A stretch of 64,000 nt of DNA, taken from positions 64,001 to 128,000 of the forward strand of contig JAJYUZ010000003.1 of the NCBI GenBank assembly GCA_021792255.1. The letters run 5' to 3'. Below, one piece after another: positions 1-11,095 of this stretch. This DNA is from Thermoplasmata archaeon. Its GTDB lineage: Archaea; Thermoplasmatota; Thermoplasmata; Thermoplasmatales; GCA-001856825. The position numbers and the translations under genes are program-made. Under the pieces are notes generated by a model, which did no database searches, was not told where the DNA came from, and saw only the letters and a program-made list of their open reading frames with translations. Each line of letters starts with the position of its first letter. Position 1 is the stretch's first letter.

Positions 1-1
1 A

Positions 2-169
2 ATTCAACTTTATTTGATTCCAGTAGTGGGGGTCGCAGGTGGGGCCTTATTTTTGGGTGAATCTGTGACTGCATACACTATTTTGGGTGGCGCAGTTATG
101 CTAATTGCTGTTGGATTGACTACCGTCAAATCAAAATTTCCTATGATCAAGAGGAAAGCTGCGGAATAG
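2..169 (+). CDS. DMT/EamA family transporter, C-terminal fragment (5'-partial)
   Basis: Own translation: IQLYLIPVVGVAGGALFLGESVTAYTILGGAVMLIAVGLTT...KAAE*. The 'P-V...LFLGE...ILGG' pattern is typical of the EamA C-terminus. Confidence 0.75.
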   Translation: MQLYLIPVVGVAGGALFLGESVTAYTILGGAVMLIAVGLTTVKSKFPMIKRKAAE

Positions 170-196
170 GTTATTGAAAAGATTGAATGGTTTTCG

Positions 197-1399
197 TCAC
201 CTTATCTTCATTATCATTACAAAAACTGCGGAAACCAAGAGGGAAGATAGCATAAGAATTCCAGGAGCAATGAGGCCACCTGACATCGTATAAATTGTTC
301 CGACCAAAAATGGCCCTATGATGCCTGCGGAGTAGAAGAAAATCACTGCAATACCAAACTCTGATCCGATGAATCTGGAAGAGACGATCTGAGGAGGGAT
401 CGCGTTGAGCATCGTGGCCATCATGTAACTCCCGAAACCAATCAGAATACTTAGGACAATAAGCACACTTACGCCTTTCACGAACACGAACAGCATTAAC
501 GATACACCGGTGATCAGAGCTGGATAGACAAAAACTGGTTTGCTCTTCCGGAGTTTGTATGCGAGAAAGCCCGCAGCTAAAGATCCAAATATACCCGCTA
601 TTCCTATGAGTGAAGCAAGAGCGCTCGATAAAACTTCTGAGCTTATTGCCTTGCTGTTCATTAACCAAGCTACCCAATAAGTTGTGACAGACATAAAAGG
701 AATGAATCCAAAAAACAGTGCAAAATCAAATTTCCAAGCGTCCTTGTTTTTTAATACTGTGTTGACAAAGCTGCTTTCTTGAGGAGACTGTGGAGACTCC
801 GATAGCCTTATCTCGTCTCTTACCGGACCAGATTTTACGAGGAGACTAACAACACTGAGACAGACCAACGTTATTATGATTCCAGCAAAGACCGCTGCTC
901 GCCATCCAGCTACGGAGACGATTTCTCCAGCAAGGACTTCTCCCCACGCGACTCCCATCGGCAAACAAGCGCTCCACAATCCCATAGGAATCATTCTCTC
1001 ATTTGGAACAAACCACTGAACCACCGAGGTAGCACCGACTATCCCCACGACAGTGCCTCCGAGTCCAATGACTAATCTATCGACCAAAACCATGGTAAAG
1101 TCCCTAGAGATGAACATCAGTATCCAGCCGAACAGAAGTAGGATTTGCCCCAATATCGCCGCCTTTTTTAGCCCCCATCTATCGGTAATCGCACCAGCAG
1201 GAAAGGCGAAGACCGCTGCCCCAATGAACATCGCAGTAGAAATCAAAGAAGCTCTCGTAACAGATACGCCGAACTGATTCGAAATCGGAACCAAAATGGG
1301 AGAAATTATCGCAAATGCGTATCCAAAACTTCCCATGTACCCAATGATCGCTGCTACCAGGACCACGTACTTGAATCTCGTTGAAGAACTGTCTATCAA
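197..1399 (-). CDS. MFS transporter
   Basis: 400 aa, about 12 hydrophobic segments, motif A-like 'GAITDRWGLKK', 'RLVIGLG'. TTG start. Confidence 0.9.
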   Translation of the reverse strand: MIDSSSTRFKYVVLVAAIIGYMGSFGYAFAIISPILVPISNQFGVSVTRASLISTAMFIGAAVFAFPAGAITDRWGLKKAAILGQILLLFGWILMFISRDFTMVLVDRLVIGLGGTVVGIVGATSVVQWFVPNERMIPMGLWSACLPMGVAWGEVLAGEIVSVAGWRAAVFAGIIITLVCLSVVSLLVKSGPVRDEIRLSESPQSPQESSFVNTVLKNKDAWKFDFALFFGFIPFMSVTTYWVAWLMNSKAISSEVLSSALASLIGIAGIFGSLAAGFLAYKLRKSKPVFVYPALITGVSLMLFVFVKGVSVLIVLSILIGFGSYMMATMLNAIPPQIVSSRFIGSEFGIAVIFFYSAGIIGPFLVGTIYTMSGGLIAPGILMLSSLLVSAVFVMIMKIR

Positions 1400-1906
1400 C
1401 TAGCTCAAACCGCCTTCTAAGTATAAATCGAGATTGACAACACAGAATCCGTAAAGTCGTTGTTTCCAAATTTACTGTTTGCCCTAGTTTCACTCGTTAA
1501 AATCCAGTCGTATTCCAAACTGAGACCTCCTTGTCGGAATTTCTTGCCTGTTTTCAGTGCCTGTGCAATATTTGGACATATAAGCTATCAAGACATACTG
1601 AATGAGTATTTACAAAATTTGTTCAGAAATTAGGATTCATTTTGAAGAGAGAGTGAATGACTACTGTTATTTTGAACAATTAGTCTGTGATTTTGGAAGC
1701 TTAAAGACAGACAGATAAACTTTGTTGCTCATGTATCCTGAGATAGAGACTAGAGCTGGTCATTCCGAGTGGACGGTCAATGGGCAGGACTGTTCTATTC
1801 ATTAAGAACTAAAACTTCAGATTATCTTAAGAGATCGAAATTGACTCCAGCTCTTATTGCGTACCAGATAGGACCAAAGTAAAAAATGGAATCTCTCACT
1901 CGCGGG

Positions 1907-2980
1907 TCAAAGGATCACTTGATTGAAGAGAGGGCCCGTAACTGATCCTTCTTCATCATCGTAGGTAACTATACCATTGGACGTTATCTTGAATAACAAT
2001 GGAACTGGATTGTAGCTCCCGCCGTTCATTTTAATGATAGACAGCTTCCTAGTTTCAGAGTCTGATCCGTTGATTTCCAGTTTGAAGATACCTGATACGA
2101 GTGATTCCTCAATTCCGTACGCGCTTAAGTCACTCTTTCCAATACCGCTAGTTATGAGCGTGTAAGTCTGGGGAATTCCGAGGGCCTTAAAGAATTGAGC
2201 CAGAAAATCGTTGTCTCCGACAATCATCGGAGTAATAGGGTCTATCACAAGTCTAGTCGTTTCGTACTCTGCAACTAGCATTTTTATTTGACCAGTCAAC
2301 GTGCGTATGTAGTTGTTTACTGAGTTGTAGTCAGAAGATAGATTGTCCTTCATTTTCAGAATCCTGTCAGAGAGTTCGAGTACTTGAATAGTTCCCTCTT
2401 TGTAATAAGACCTAAACACGTTGGAGAAAGTTTCGACCTGAGAGATGAAATCCCTACCTGACTGATCTCCCAAGATTATGATTCCTTTTTCTCCACGTTT
2501 TGCACCTTCTATTAAAAATTGTGCACCGGTCACGGTCTTTCCAGATCCCGGTGGACCTGATATCATGTAAATGCTGCCTTTCCTTACCAGTCTACCTATG
2601 TTATCATCCAGTTTCTTTATGCCAAAAATACCCGACTCTTCTATTCCGCTGTCTGTTTTTACAACCGAAATATTGCAGACATTCGCGAGCTTTAGCTCTG
2701 TGCTGTTCAGCTGGTTGTCAACCAATATGGCCTTCATCTGTATGCCACAGTCTCGCGCGATGGCGTTGAACTCCATTATGTCACTAATCAGGTCTTCTGA
2801 TAGGTTTTGCAGTACTGCTACCTTGTTATGCTCATCCTCCCTAGATGTCAAAACGAGATCAAACTTATGCTGCAAGCCGGATTTTCCGGTTAGTTTCACG
2901 TTAGTCCCAAATGTAAAGTCTTCTCCAAAAGCCAATTCATGGGCTATCCTGAAGACATCTACCTGAGATCCAGATAACAT
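1907..2980 (-). CDS. KaiC/RAD55-like ATPase fused to an N-terminal Mrr/PD-(D/E)XK-like domain
   Basis: Walker A GPPGSGKT, Walker B RLVIDPIT, C-terminal 'RKLSIIKMNG'. N-terminal 'GKSGLQHKFDLVL' resembles the archaeal restriction-endonuclease-like domain. Confidence 0.8.
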   Translation of the reverse strand: MLSGSQVDVFRIAHELAFGEDFTFGTNVKLTGKSGLQHKFDLVLTSREDEHNKVAVLQNLSEDLISDIMEFNAIARDCGIQMKAILVDNQLNSTELKLANVCNISVVKTDSGIEESGIFGIKKLDDNIGRLVRKGSIYMISGPPGSGKTVTGAQFLIEGAKRGEKGIIILGDQSGRDFISQVETFSNVFRSYYKEGTIQVLELSDRILKMKDNLSSDYNSVNNYIRTLTGQIKMLVAEYETTRLVIDPITPMIVGDNDFLAQFFKALGIPQTYTLITSGIGKSDLSAYGIEESLVSGIFKLEINGSDSETRKLSIIKMNGGSYNPVPLLFKITSNGIVTYDDEEGSVTGPLFNQVIL

Positions 2981-3277
2981 TTTTTCGTTATCCCTTTGGT
3001 GGGTTTAAATAATCTGTGTATTTAACTGTTCTTAGGTCGTATCCTGTTCTGAAAATGACCAGCTCAGACAAAATAAATCCTACTCTCAAGTTTCCCGAAG
3101 ATTGATGACGAAACTGTGATCCAGCCTTGACCCGCTATGGTGCAAATAGGTGCAGGAATGAAACCGCACTGGGAGAAATCTGTTGTTGACCTTAACGGTT
3201 TCTGACTGCATATCTCCGGCATAAGGTCAATCTCAAACTATAAGTAATATGATTCATCTCAGTTGGCATAGTCAAGT

Positions 3278-3979
3278 ATGCCCGACATAAAGAAGCTGTT
3301 TGAAAAAATAACACGGTATTCCGCCCTAGCGCTCGTGATTCTTCCTTGGATTGTTTTTCTATTGTGTTACTTGCTAAATCCCCAATGGGTGCTGACTCGA
3401 GATGCCCTCAGCAGTTTCGGCGATCCTTCCTTCTCCAAGTTTCCTTTTGTTTACAACGATGGATTGGGTGTCATTGCGATTGTCATCTGGATCATGTCTC
3501 TCGGAATTGTGGTAACTTCAGAGAATAAAATGCAGACCTTCGGTGGGGCCTTTTGGTTCGTGGCTGGATTTTTTCTAGCAATGGTTGGCATTTATCACAG
3601 CGGTACTTACCCACATGATTTCGTTTCCACATACTTCTTTGTTCAGGCGGCGCTTACCATTCTTGTAATGGGAATTGCTTCTTTCACTGCCCATGACTTT
3701 AGGGGTGCTCTCGTACCCATCTCTTTGGCCATCATCATGCCGCTTGGCGATATCTTAATCCCATTCCCATCCTCAGCCACTACAGAGATCTTTGAAATTG
3801 TGATCATCGACGCTTTTGTAATTTTCTCATTGCTTAACACATCTGGCACAGCTAGGATGACCAGAACAGACCGGAAACGTGCGAAGCCGCCATATCCTCG
3901 AATACAGTTAATAGTGGTAGGAGTGTTAGTGGCATTCTTCCTATTATTACTCGGTCTAATAGTCTACGCCGGTATATAG
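3278..3979 (+). CDS. DUF998-like membrane protein
   Basis: Multi-TM, 'NPQW...DALSSFG', 'VGIY...PHDFVS' typical of archaeal DUF998 proteins. Confidence 0.7.
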   Translation: MPDIKKLFEKITRYSALALVILPWIVFLLCYLLNPQWVLTRDALSSFGDPSFSKFPFVYNDGLGVIAIVIWIMSLGIVVTSENKMQTFGGAFWFVAGFFLAMVGIYHSGTYPHDFVSTYFFVQAALTILVMGIASFTAHDFRGALVPISLAIIMPLGDILIPFPSSATTEIFEIVIIDAFVIFSLLNTSGTARMTRTDRKRAKPPYPRIQLIVVGVLVAFFLLLLGLIVYAGI

Positions 3980-4024
3980 AATGTTGAGATCAAGACGACC
4001 AGATTAACTCCTTTTTTCCGAACT

Positions 4025-4186
4025 ATGAAACTTCACCCGAGGGAAACTTTCAAAGAGGTAATAGAAAGACTCGACACAACGGCCAGCTATATTGTGCGAA
4101 ACCAACGGGAGGTCATAGAACACATCCGTGATAAGAATCCCAAATTCTTCAGGGAGGAAAAGATGTTCGAATCACCCCAACCCTGA
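4025..4186 (+). pseudogene. Probable remnant of a small antitoxin-like (RHH-type) gene
   Basis: Own translation MKLHPRETFKEVIERLDTT... The 'K-x-HPRET-[YF]-x-EVIERL' pattern resembles small archaeal antitoxin-like proteins, but the usual N-terminal strand-helix is missing. Confidence 0.35.
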
Positions 4187-4197
4187 ACCTTTCCCGA

Positions 4198-4269
4198 TGG
4201 ACTGGCGGGGATTTGAACCCCGGGCCTCCTCCATGCCAAGGAGGCGATCTTCCACTGATCTACCAGCCC
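4198..4269 (-). tRNA. tRNA-Ala(GGC)
   Basis: Reverse complement GGGCTGG...CCTCC-TT-GGC-AT-GGAGG...GGTTCAAATCC...CCAGTCC-A. G3:U70 alanine identity pair, no encoded CCA. Confidence 0.97.
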
Positions 4270-4351
4270 TTGTCGTTAACTTCACGCAAATATAAAATTA
4301 TTCCTAACTATGAGACCATATTAATTTATAGAAACCGATATTGTAGGCATA

Positions 4352-5248
4352 GTGGGGAACTTCGTCAGCAATTTCATTGTAATGACAAAACCCAGAGTGT
4401 GGATTTTTCTCTTGATAACAGGAATCGCCGGTGAAGTTTTTGCGCTCAGCATTCTTAGAAGCCTGAACGTGAATGGATTCATCTACGTCGCAGTGTACCT
4501 TACCCTCGGATTGATGGGGTCTGAGTCCTTATCCAACTATTTCGATTTATCCATAGACAGGAAGATGAAACGAACGATGAACAGAGCTCTTCCATCGGGC
4601 AAAATGAACCCGTCCGTTGCCCTCTATGGTGGCCTGATTTTGATCGCGATAACTCTCGTTATGGCGATATTTAGATCATTTTTGTCCTTTGCTTTTATGG
4701 CAACTGGCATCTTTGACTACACCATCATATATTCTCTCCTTTCCAAAAAGAGGACGCCCTTGAATATCATTCTGGGAGCTTACTCTGGAGGTGCTCCTTT
4801 GCTCGCGGGATTCTATGCATTCACTTCGACGTACAACGTTGTCGCGATCTTGATGTTCCTTACGATCTTCATATGGACTCCCCTCCACATATGGTCGCTC
4901 TCGATAAAATACAAAGAAGACTATGCGGCTGCGTCAGTCCCCATGCTGCCAGTAAACAGGACCACTAGGGAATCTATGAGAATACTATTCCCTATTGCGT
5001 TATTGGCAGTCGTAACAACTATCCTGACTGGATTCGAGCTGAGATTTTATTTCGCATTCAATGTCGGAATTATCGTCTTTGGGTTCTACTTAATTCTTGG
5101 TCTCTTGCTCTTCGTATCTTATCTCAGAGCTTTCATTGATCCTGAGAGACGGATTATGAAACTATTCGTTTCAACCAACATCTTCATTGGAATCTTTTTT
5201 GTCTTTGTTGCACTATTCTCGCTGCTGATTCCATTTATCGGGGTATGA
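4352..5248 (+). CDS. ctaB: Protoheme IX farnesyltransferase (heme O synthase)
   Basis: 'TKPR', 'IDRKMKRTMNRALPSG', 'KKRTPLNIILG', 'WTPLHIWSL...EDYAAASVPMLP'. Confidence 0.92.
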   Translation: MGNFVSNFIVMTKPRVWIFLLITGIAGEVFALSILRSLNVNGFIYVAVYLTLGLMGSESLSNYFDLSIDRKMKRTMNRALPSGKMNPSVALYGGLILIAITLVMAIFRSFLSFAFMATGIFDYTIIYSLLSKKRTPLNIILGAYSGGAPLLAGFYAFTSTYNVVAILMFLTIFIWTPLHIWSLSIKYKEDYAAASVPMLPVNRTTRESMRILFPIALLAVVTTILTGFELRFYFAFNVGIIVFGFYLILGLLLFVSYLRAFIDPERRIMKLFVSTNIFIGIFFVFVALFSLLIPFIGV

Positions 5249-5949
5249 AAATGAGAACCGTTCAGGTCTATCTAGAAGATTCTTATATCAAAGAACTCGA
5301 CGCAGAGGTCATTGCAGTAGGTGAAGGAGTGTTCTTGGACAGAACAATTTTCTATGCAACTTCCGGAGGACAACCCTGCGATGTGGGATCGATGGTGGGA
5401 AAAGGAACCTACACGGTAAAAGAGGTAATGAAAGAGGAAGACATAGTTCACAAGACGGAACCTCTTCCCTCGGTAGGCGAAAGAGTCAGACTCCGAATTG
5501 ACTGGGAGAGAAGATACAAACTTATGAGGCAACACACCGCAATTCATGTGGTTTCGTCAATTGCGATGAGGGAATTTGGAGCGATGATCACGGGGAACCA
5601 GATCTATGAAGAGTACTCAAGAATAGACTTTAACTTTAAGGATTGGAACAACGATATTTCACGTTCTCTTGAATCTAGAGTGAATACGGAACTCGGAAAG
5701 AACCAAGAGGTCACGGTGTCAACCATGAAAAGGGAGGAGATTCTGAAAATGGAAGGTGCACTGAAGGTGGATTTGAGACTGCTTCCCTCCACTGAAGTCC
5801 TCAGGGTAGTGAAGATCGGAGATGTCGATATCCAGCCGGATGGCGGTACTCACGTCAAGAACACATCAGAGATTGGAGAAATTGAGATATTCAAGATTGA
5901 AAACAAGGGGAAGAACAACAAGAGAGTGTATTTCCGGGCTCATAAATGA
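5245..5949 (+). CDS. alaXM: Alanyl-tRNA editing protein AlaX (AlaXM type)
   Basis: '[13 protein letters not shown]', zinc motif 'RQHTAIH', 'QPDGGTHV'. Confidence 0.9.
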   Translation: MKMRTVQVYLEDSYIKELDAEVIAVGEGVFLDRTIFYATSGGQPCDVGSMVGKGTYTVKEVMKEEDIVHKTEPLPSVGERVRLRIDWERRYKLMRQHTAIHVVSSIAMREFGAMITGNQIYEEYSRIDFNFKDWNNDISRSLESRVNTELGKNQEVTVSTMKREEILKMEGALKVDLRLLPSTEVLRVVKIGDVDIQPDGGTHVKNTSEIGEIEIFKIENKGKNNKRVYFRAHK

Positions 5950-7043
5950 AACTGGGAAAAGAAACCTTTCTCCTCTTTGAACTGTTCGAGTAGTTCCTTT
6001 TGCTTCTTACTTACCTTCTTTGGTAAAGATATCTTCGCCTTGAGGATTATGTCTGATTTTCCCCTTCCACTCTTCTTCGGAATACCCTCGCCTTTCAGCA
6101 CTATTCTTTCTTCGGGCTGTGTTCCGGGAGGAATGTCGATCTCCCTGTCGCCCGTCAACAGAGGGACTTTCAGTTTTCCACCGACTATGGCGTCGATGAA
6201 ATTGACCTGAACGTCTTTTTCAAGATCGTCGTTTTGCCTCCTAAATTCCATATAGTCGATATTGAATTGTATTCTCAGATCTCCTGAACCCCCTGGCCTA
6301 AAATTTCCTTTGTCCCTCAGTATGTAGACCTCTTCTTCGTGTACCCCTGGAGGAGGAGAAATCTCTATCTTGTCTTTCTTTCTAGTGTACCCTGATCCGG
6401 AGCAGACGTGGCACACCTTCTCTGGTATTTTTCCTCTGCCGTTGCAGCTCCTGCAGACTTCAGTAGTTCTGAAAAGTATGAACCCCTGATTCGTAGCTCT
6501 TTCGACGTACCCCCTGCCTCTACAGGTTTGGCAAGTCAGCAGTTTCTTAGTGGAAGAGCCAGTTCCGTTGCACTCTTCACATTTCATCTCCCTGAAATAG
6601 TAAACCTCAATCTTTTCGTTCCTTGCAATTCTCCTTATATCTATCGGTATCTCAGCGAGTACATCCGCACCTCTCAGTTCTCTCTGCTGGGTTGAAAATC
6701 CACCGAATGGATTACCAAAACCTCCGCCGCCGAACCCAAACTGCGAAAAGATGTCTCCAAAAATGTCCTGAATGTCCTGGTAGTGATGGAACTGATTCCA
6801 GTCAAAGCCTCCCTGGAACCTGACCCCTTCCTCACCATACTGATCAAATCGTGCTCTCTTCTGGTCGTCCATCAGCACTTCATACGCTTCACTGATGCTC
6901 TTGAATTTTTCCTCTGCTTCCTTCTTGTTCTCGGGGTTGAGGTCCGGATGGTACTTCTTTGCAAGATCCCTGTACGCTTTCTTGATATCGTCTTTCGATG
7001 CCTTTTTGTCTACTCCCAGAACGGCATAATAGTCCTTTCCCAT
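5940..7043 (-). CDS. dnaJ: Chaperone DnaJ
   Basis: J domain with HPD, G/F-rich linker, four CxxCxGxG repeats. Confidence 0.97.
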   Translation of the reverse strand: MGKDYYAVLGVDKKASKDDIKKAYRDLAKKYHPDLNPENKKEAEEKFKSISEAYEVLMDDQKRARFDQYGEEGVRFQGGFDWNQFHHYQDIQDIFGDIFSQFGFGGGGFGNPFGGFSTQQRELRGADVLAEIPIDIRRIARNEKIEVYYFREMKCEECNGTGSSTKKLLTCQTCRGRGYVERATNQGFILFRTTEVCRSCNGRGKIPEKVCHVCSGSGYTRKKDKIEISPPPGVHEEEVYILRDKGNFRPGGSGDLRIQFNIDYMEFRRQNDDLEKDVQVNFIDAIVGGKLKVPLLTGDREIDIPPGTQPEERIVLKGEGIPKKSGRGKSDIILKAKISLPKKVSKKQKELLEQFKEEKGFFSQFHL

Positions 7044-7056
7044 TTAAATCGGAAGT

Positions 7057-8907
7057 TCATTGTTCCTTATTTTCTTTATCTTCGTGAATCTCCGTCTCGT
7101 TTGGACCCTTTTCTGAGGAGGTTTCGTTCGGTTCCTGAGTTTGCTGCTGCTCTTCGGGCTTGACGTTCTTGTACATGTATTCCCCTATCTTCTGAATCTC
7201 TTTTGTCAGGACATCCATCTTTTCTTTTATTCCATCGACGTTCTTGTTTTGTATTTCGTCTTTGAGTTCTTTCAGCTTTCCGTTTATGTTGTCTTTGATG
7301 TCCTGCGGTATCTTCTCTCCATAATCAGCGAGGGTCTTTTCCGTTGAATAGGCTAGCGATTCTCCACCATTTATGGTTTCAATCTCTTCCTTCTTCTTCT
7401 TGTCTTCTTCTTCGTACTTTTTGGCCTCTTCCTTCATGCGGTTTATTTCTTCCTTGCTCAGCTTCGTACTGGAAGTAATCGTAATACCCCGCTGCTTGTT
7501 TGTGGCGAGATCCTTTGCATTGACGTTAAGAATTCCGTTTGAGTCTATATCGAAGGAAACTTCGATCTGTGGCATTCCTCTGGGTGCAGGAGGGATCCCG
7601 TCCAGCATGAACCTTCCGAGTGAAGTATTATCCTTGGCCATCGGTCTCTCGCCTTGGACAATTATTATTTCCACAGCGGTCTGATTGTCCGCTGCAGTGG
7701 AGAAGACCTGAGACTTCTTAGTGGGGATGGTCGTATTCGCAGAAATAAGGGGAGTAGCTACACCCCCGAGCGTTTCTATGCTGAGCGTAAGAGGGGTCAC
7801 GTCCAGGAGCACTATACCCTTCACTTCTCCGGCCAATACTGCAGCCTGGATCGATGCCCCAATCGCCACGCATTCCATCGGATCTACGCCGCTCTCCACT
7901 TTCTTGCCCATTATGTCCTCAACGAATTTCTTTACAATGGGCATTCTCGTTGGACCACCAACAAGAATTACTTTGCTGATGTCCGAAGAAGAAAGTTTTG
8001 CTCCCTTGAGTGCTTCGTCCACAGGTCTCTTTGCCCGGTCAATCGTTGGCCTGACAAGATTCTCCAAGTCCGCCCTCGTCATGGAGATCAGGAGATGCTT
8101 CGGGCCATCCGCACCACTCGTGATGTATGGTAAATTGACTTCGGTTGAGAGAGAAGTCGATAATTCTATCTTTGCCTTTTCCGCTGCATCCTTTAACCTG
8201 ATGTATGCATTCTTGTCTTTCCTGAGATCGATACCATTCTCCTGCTGGAATTTTGATGCGAGATGGTTTATCACTGCCTCGTCCATATCGGTTCCACCAA
8301 GTTTCGTATCTCCTGAGGTTGATAGCACTTCATACACTCCAGAGCTGAATTCCATGATCGTGACATCCAGAGTCCCTCCACCAAGATCGAACACCATTAT
8401 CCTGTGTTCTCCTTCCGTCTTATCGAGCCCATAGGCAAGTGCAGCTGCGGTTGGTTCGTTAATAATTCTTACCACATCCAGTCCAGCTATTGCACCAGCA
8501 TCTTTGGTCGCCTGTCTCTGGTTGTCGTTAAAATAGGCTGGTACCGTAATCACTGCCTTTGTAACCTTCTCTCCTAAGTATTTCTCGGAATCATCCTTGA
8601 TTTTCTGCAGCAGAAAAGCAGACACCTGCTGAGGGGTGTACTCCTTTCCTCTAATCTTGTACTTGTAACTTTCTCCCATCTTCCTCTTGAAAGCATATAT
8701 TGTCCCTTCTGGATTAGTAAGGGCTTGCCTTCTTGCCGGTTCTCCTACCAGCAGCTCTCCGTTCTTTGTAAATGCAACATAACTCGGAAATGCTTTACCT
8801 CCAATTGTTGTTCCTTCAGAGCTTGGCAGCACGACTGGCTTGCCAGCTATCATGACCGCAGCTTGTGAATTGCTTGTCCCTAGATCTATACCTAATATTT
8901 TTTCCAT
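7057..8907 (-). CDS. dnaK: Chaperone DnaK (Hsp70)
   Basis: [34 protein letters not shown] at 8907 follows a GGTGA SD. Confidence 0.98.
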   Translation of the reverse strand: MEKILGIDLGTSNSQAAVMIAGKPVVLPSSEGTTIGGKAFPSYVAFTKNGELLVGEPARRQALTNPEGTIYAFKRKMGESYKYKIRGKEYTPQQVSAFLLQKIKDDSEKYLGEKVTKAVITVPAYFNDNQRQATKDAGAIAGLDVVRIINEPTAAALAYGLDKTEGEHRIMVFDLGGGTLDVTIMEFSSGVYEVLSTSGDTKLGGTDMDEAVINHLASKFQQENGIDLRKDKNAYIRLKDAAEKAKIELSTSLSTEVNLPYITSGADGPKHLLISMTRADLENLVRPTIDRAKRPVDEALKGAKLSSSDISKVILVGGPTRMPIVKKFVEDIMGKKVESGVDPMECVAIGASIQAAVLAGEVKGIVLLDVTPLTLSIETLGGVATPLISANTTIPTKKSQVFSTAADNQTAVEIIIVQGERPMAKDNTSLGRFMLDGIPPAPRGMPQIEVSFDIDSNGILNVNAKDLATNKQRGITITSSTKLSKEEINRMKEEAKKYEEEDKKKKEEIETINGGESLAYSTEKTLADYGEKIPQDIKDNINGKLKELKDEIQNKNVDGIKEKMDVLTKEIQKIGEYMYKNVKPEEQQQTQEPNETSSEKGPNETEIHEDKENKEQ

Positions 8908-8908
8908 T

Positions 8909-9391
8909 TTACTCACCTTTATTGAGAATTACCAATTCTGGTCTTATTACTCTGCCTCCAAGTACGTATCCCTTCCTCACCACTTTTTTGATTGTGTTAG
9001 GCTCTCCGCCATCTTCTATTCCAATTGCTTCATGCCTGTTGGGATCGAACTTCGTGTTATCTTCTATTGCGCTGAGCCCTTCCTTCTGCAGAATTACATC
9101 TATCTGTTTTTTAATGGCCAAGGTTCCTTCGTCTCTAGCGTTGTCCAGACCGTCAAGTACAGGAAGAAGTTCTTTGATTATCCTCTCCGAAGCATAGCCT
9201 ACAAGTTTTAAAGATTCCTCGCCTATTCTCTTTTGAAAATTCTCGAGGTCTGCAGAGAATCTGAGGTTTTGCTCACGTAGCTCCTGAATTGTTTTCTCTT
9301 TCTGACCAACGCTTTCCTGTAGTAACTTTAGCTTCTCCGAACACTCGGCAATAGATTGCTTAAGAGACCGATAATAGGAGACAGATGGCAC
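8909..9391 (-). CDS. grpE: Nucleotide exchange factor GrpE
   Basis: 'ADLENFQKR', 'LLPVLD', 'FDPNRHEA', '[12 protein letters not shown]'. Upstream of dnaK. Confidence 0.95.
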   Translation of the reverse strand: MPSVSYYRSLKQSIAECSEKLKLLQESVGQKEKTIQELREQNLRFSADLENFQKRIGEESLKLVGYASERIIKELLPVLDGLDNARDEGTLAIKKQIDVILQKEGLSAIEDNTKFDPNRHEAIGIEDGGEPNTIKKVVRKGYVLGGRVIRPELVILNKGE

Positions 9392-9577
9392 TTTCCCTAA
9401 TTTTGCACTTCTATAATAACGTTACTACAGCTGGTAGCGTGTCAAGCAATTGAATACTACATTCTTAACGGCCAACAATAGAGTTCTTTCTTGTCTCAAG
9501 ACATTCTGTTTTCAGCCATTGCTGCGGAGATGAAGCTTGGACAAAATTTAGTTATATGGATTGCAAATAAGCATCAA

Positions 9578-10261
9578 ATGGTGAACATTCTCCTCTCTGG
9601 AGGTGGAGGAAGGGCCGACGTTGCCCTAGTGAAACTTTTGGTCAAATCCATCCCAGAAAATGGTAGGTTGCTTTACATTCCCGTAGCAGTTCCATTGTCA
9701 AGATTTAGCTATGGGCAATGCTATGACTGGATCACCTCTGTGCACGGACAGAACGGTCTTAAGATGATAGATATGTGGACTGACCTTAAAGACAGGAGCT
9801 ATGAAGAACTTGCGAGATATTCAGCCGTCTTCATAGGCGGTGGGAATACGTTCAACCTGCTTAAACAGGTAAGGGAGACAGGATTTGATCGCTTGCTTCT
9901 CGAATACATTAAGAATGGTTTGCCAGTATACGGTGGAAGCGCTGGTGCGATAATCCTTGGGAAAGATATAGGAACTGCATATTTTGGGGGAGACGCAGAC
10001 AAGAATGAGGTCGGACTGAAAGACCTTAAAGGATTGGATGCTGCACGAGGATATTCGATTGCCTGCCATCACAATGGTCTGAAATATGATCATTTAGCAG
10101 CTGGGTACTCACAGGCGACGGGAATACCCACCATTGCGCTGAGAGATGGTACCGGGATACAGGTGAAAAATACCAAAATACTGGTCATTGGACCAAGCCC
10201 AGCCAAGGTCTTCGAGGGAAAGAATTCGACTATCTTCAAGAAAGGATCTGTCGTGGAATGA
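9578..10261 (+). CDS. Peptidase E (S51) family / class I GATase-like protein
   Basis: 'FIGGGNTFNLL', nucleophile motif 'GGSAGA', downstream His in 'IACHH'. Start chosen at ATG 9578. Confidence 0.85.
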   Translation: MVNILLSGGGGRADVALVKLLVKSIPENGRLLYIPVAVPLSRFSYGQCYDWITSVHGQNGLKMIDMWTDLKDRSYEELARYSAVFIGGGNTFNLLKQVRETGFDRLLLEYIKNGLPVYGGSAGAIILGKDIGTAYFGGDADKNEVGLKDLKGLDAARGYSIACHHNGLKYDHLAAGYSQATGIPTIALRDGTGIQVKNTKILVIGPSPAKVFEGKNSTIFKKGSVVE

Positions 10262-10360
10262 TACAGTTTTACACCACAGTATGATGAGATATCCCTGGTC
10301 GATTTTTGGTACTCTGGACCTATGGAAAGGGCCAAATATCAATTTTATAGTAGTGAATAT

Positions 10361-10987
10361 ATGAATGAAAAAAATGGAACTGGTATACCGGTGACAATAG
10401 TTCTTGTTGCTGTAATAGTCGTACTAGTGGTAGCATTTGCCTTCTCTTATTCATCAATGCACTCGGAAATAAATACAATGAATCAGAAAATTTCTAATCT
10501 CAATGGTAAGATTTCCACACAGAATACTACAATTCTTGATATGAAATCGAACGAGACAAATATGTCTCAAATTATTGCATCTCTCACAGGAGAATTGGAC
10601 ATAGCAGGTGGTAATTACGCTAAACTCAATCTGCTTTTTTCTTGGGTAGATCAAATTTATGGAATCCACACCAATTTTCTCGCATATAACGCTACTGCTA
10701 CGGTCTCAGCCAAACAATATCAAGAAATCGTACAGGAAATCACCCCCTCTAACAATACAACGATTGTCTTTTTGACCCAGGCCCCAAATCGGGGATTTAT
10801 GAGTGGCAATGGTACTAGTACTCTTCAAAATATCACTTACTTAATGGACGCAACTGGACCACAATTGGGTGAGGTCAATGCAATGTGGGGACCTATCATT
10901 CTACCAAATTTCAGTCTATGGTTCTATAATACGGGCAATGTGTCTACAACTTTCAATTTTACCATTATAGAGATATGGAGTTCTTGA
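10361..10987 (+). CDS. Hypothetical membrane-anchored, coiled-coil, probably N-glycosylated surface protein
   Basis: N-terminal TM helix, heptad-like stalk, many N-x-S/T sequons. Confidence 0.7.
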   Translation: MNEKNGTGIPVTIVLVAVIVVLVVAFAFSYSSMHSEINTMNQKISNLNGKISTQNTTILDMKSNETNMSQIIASLTGELDIAGGNYAKLNLLFSWVDQIYGIHTNFLAYNATATVSAKQYQEIVQEITPSNNTTIVFLTQAPNRGFMSGNGTSTLQNITYLMDATGPQLGEVNAMWGPIILPNFSLWFYNTGNVSTTFNFTIIEIWSS

Positions 10988-11095
10988 TAAGTACGCGACG
11001 TTCAAAGGAATGAATACTACTTATGTGGATCCCGTTTAATATATGAGCGTGTGCATGTTGCCCAACCATTACAAGGCTAGAAGGAGAGAGCATAA

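Noticed and set aside
1400-1906. 500-bp intergenic gap as possible ncRNA or array
   Set aside because: No repeats, stable stems or recognisable ORF found by eye.
7141-8434. Long antisense ORFs opposite dnaK (similarly opposite alaS, sdh and nuo genes)
   Set aside because: Shadow ORFs of conserved genes, with no motifs or start signals.
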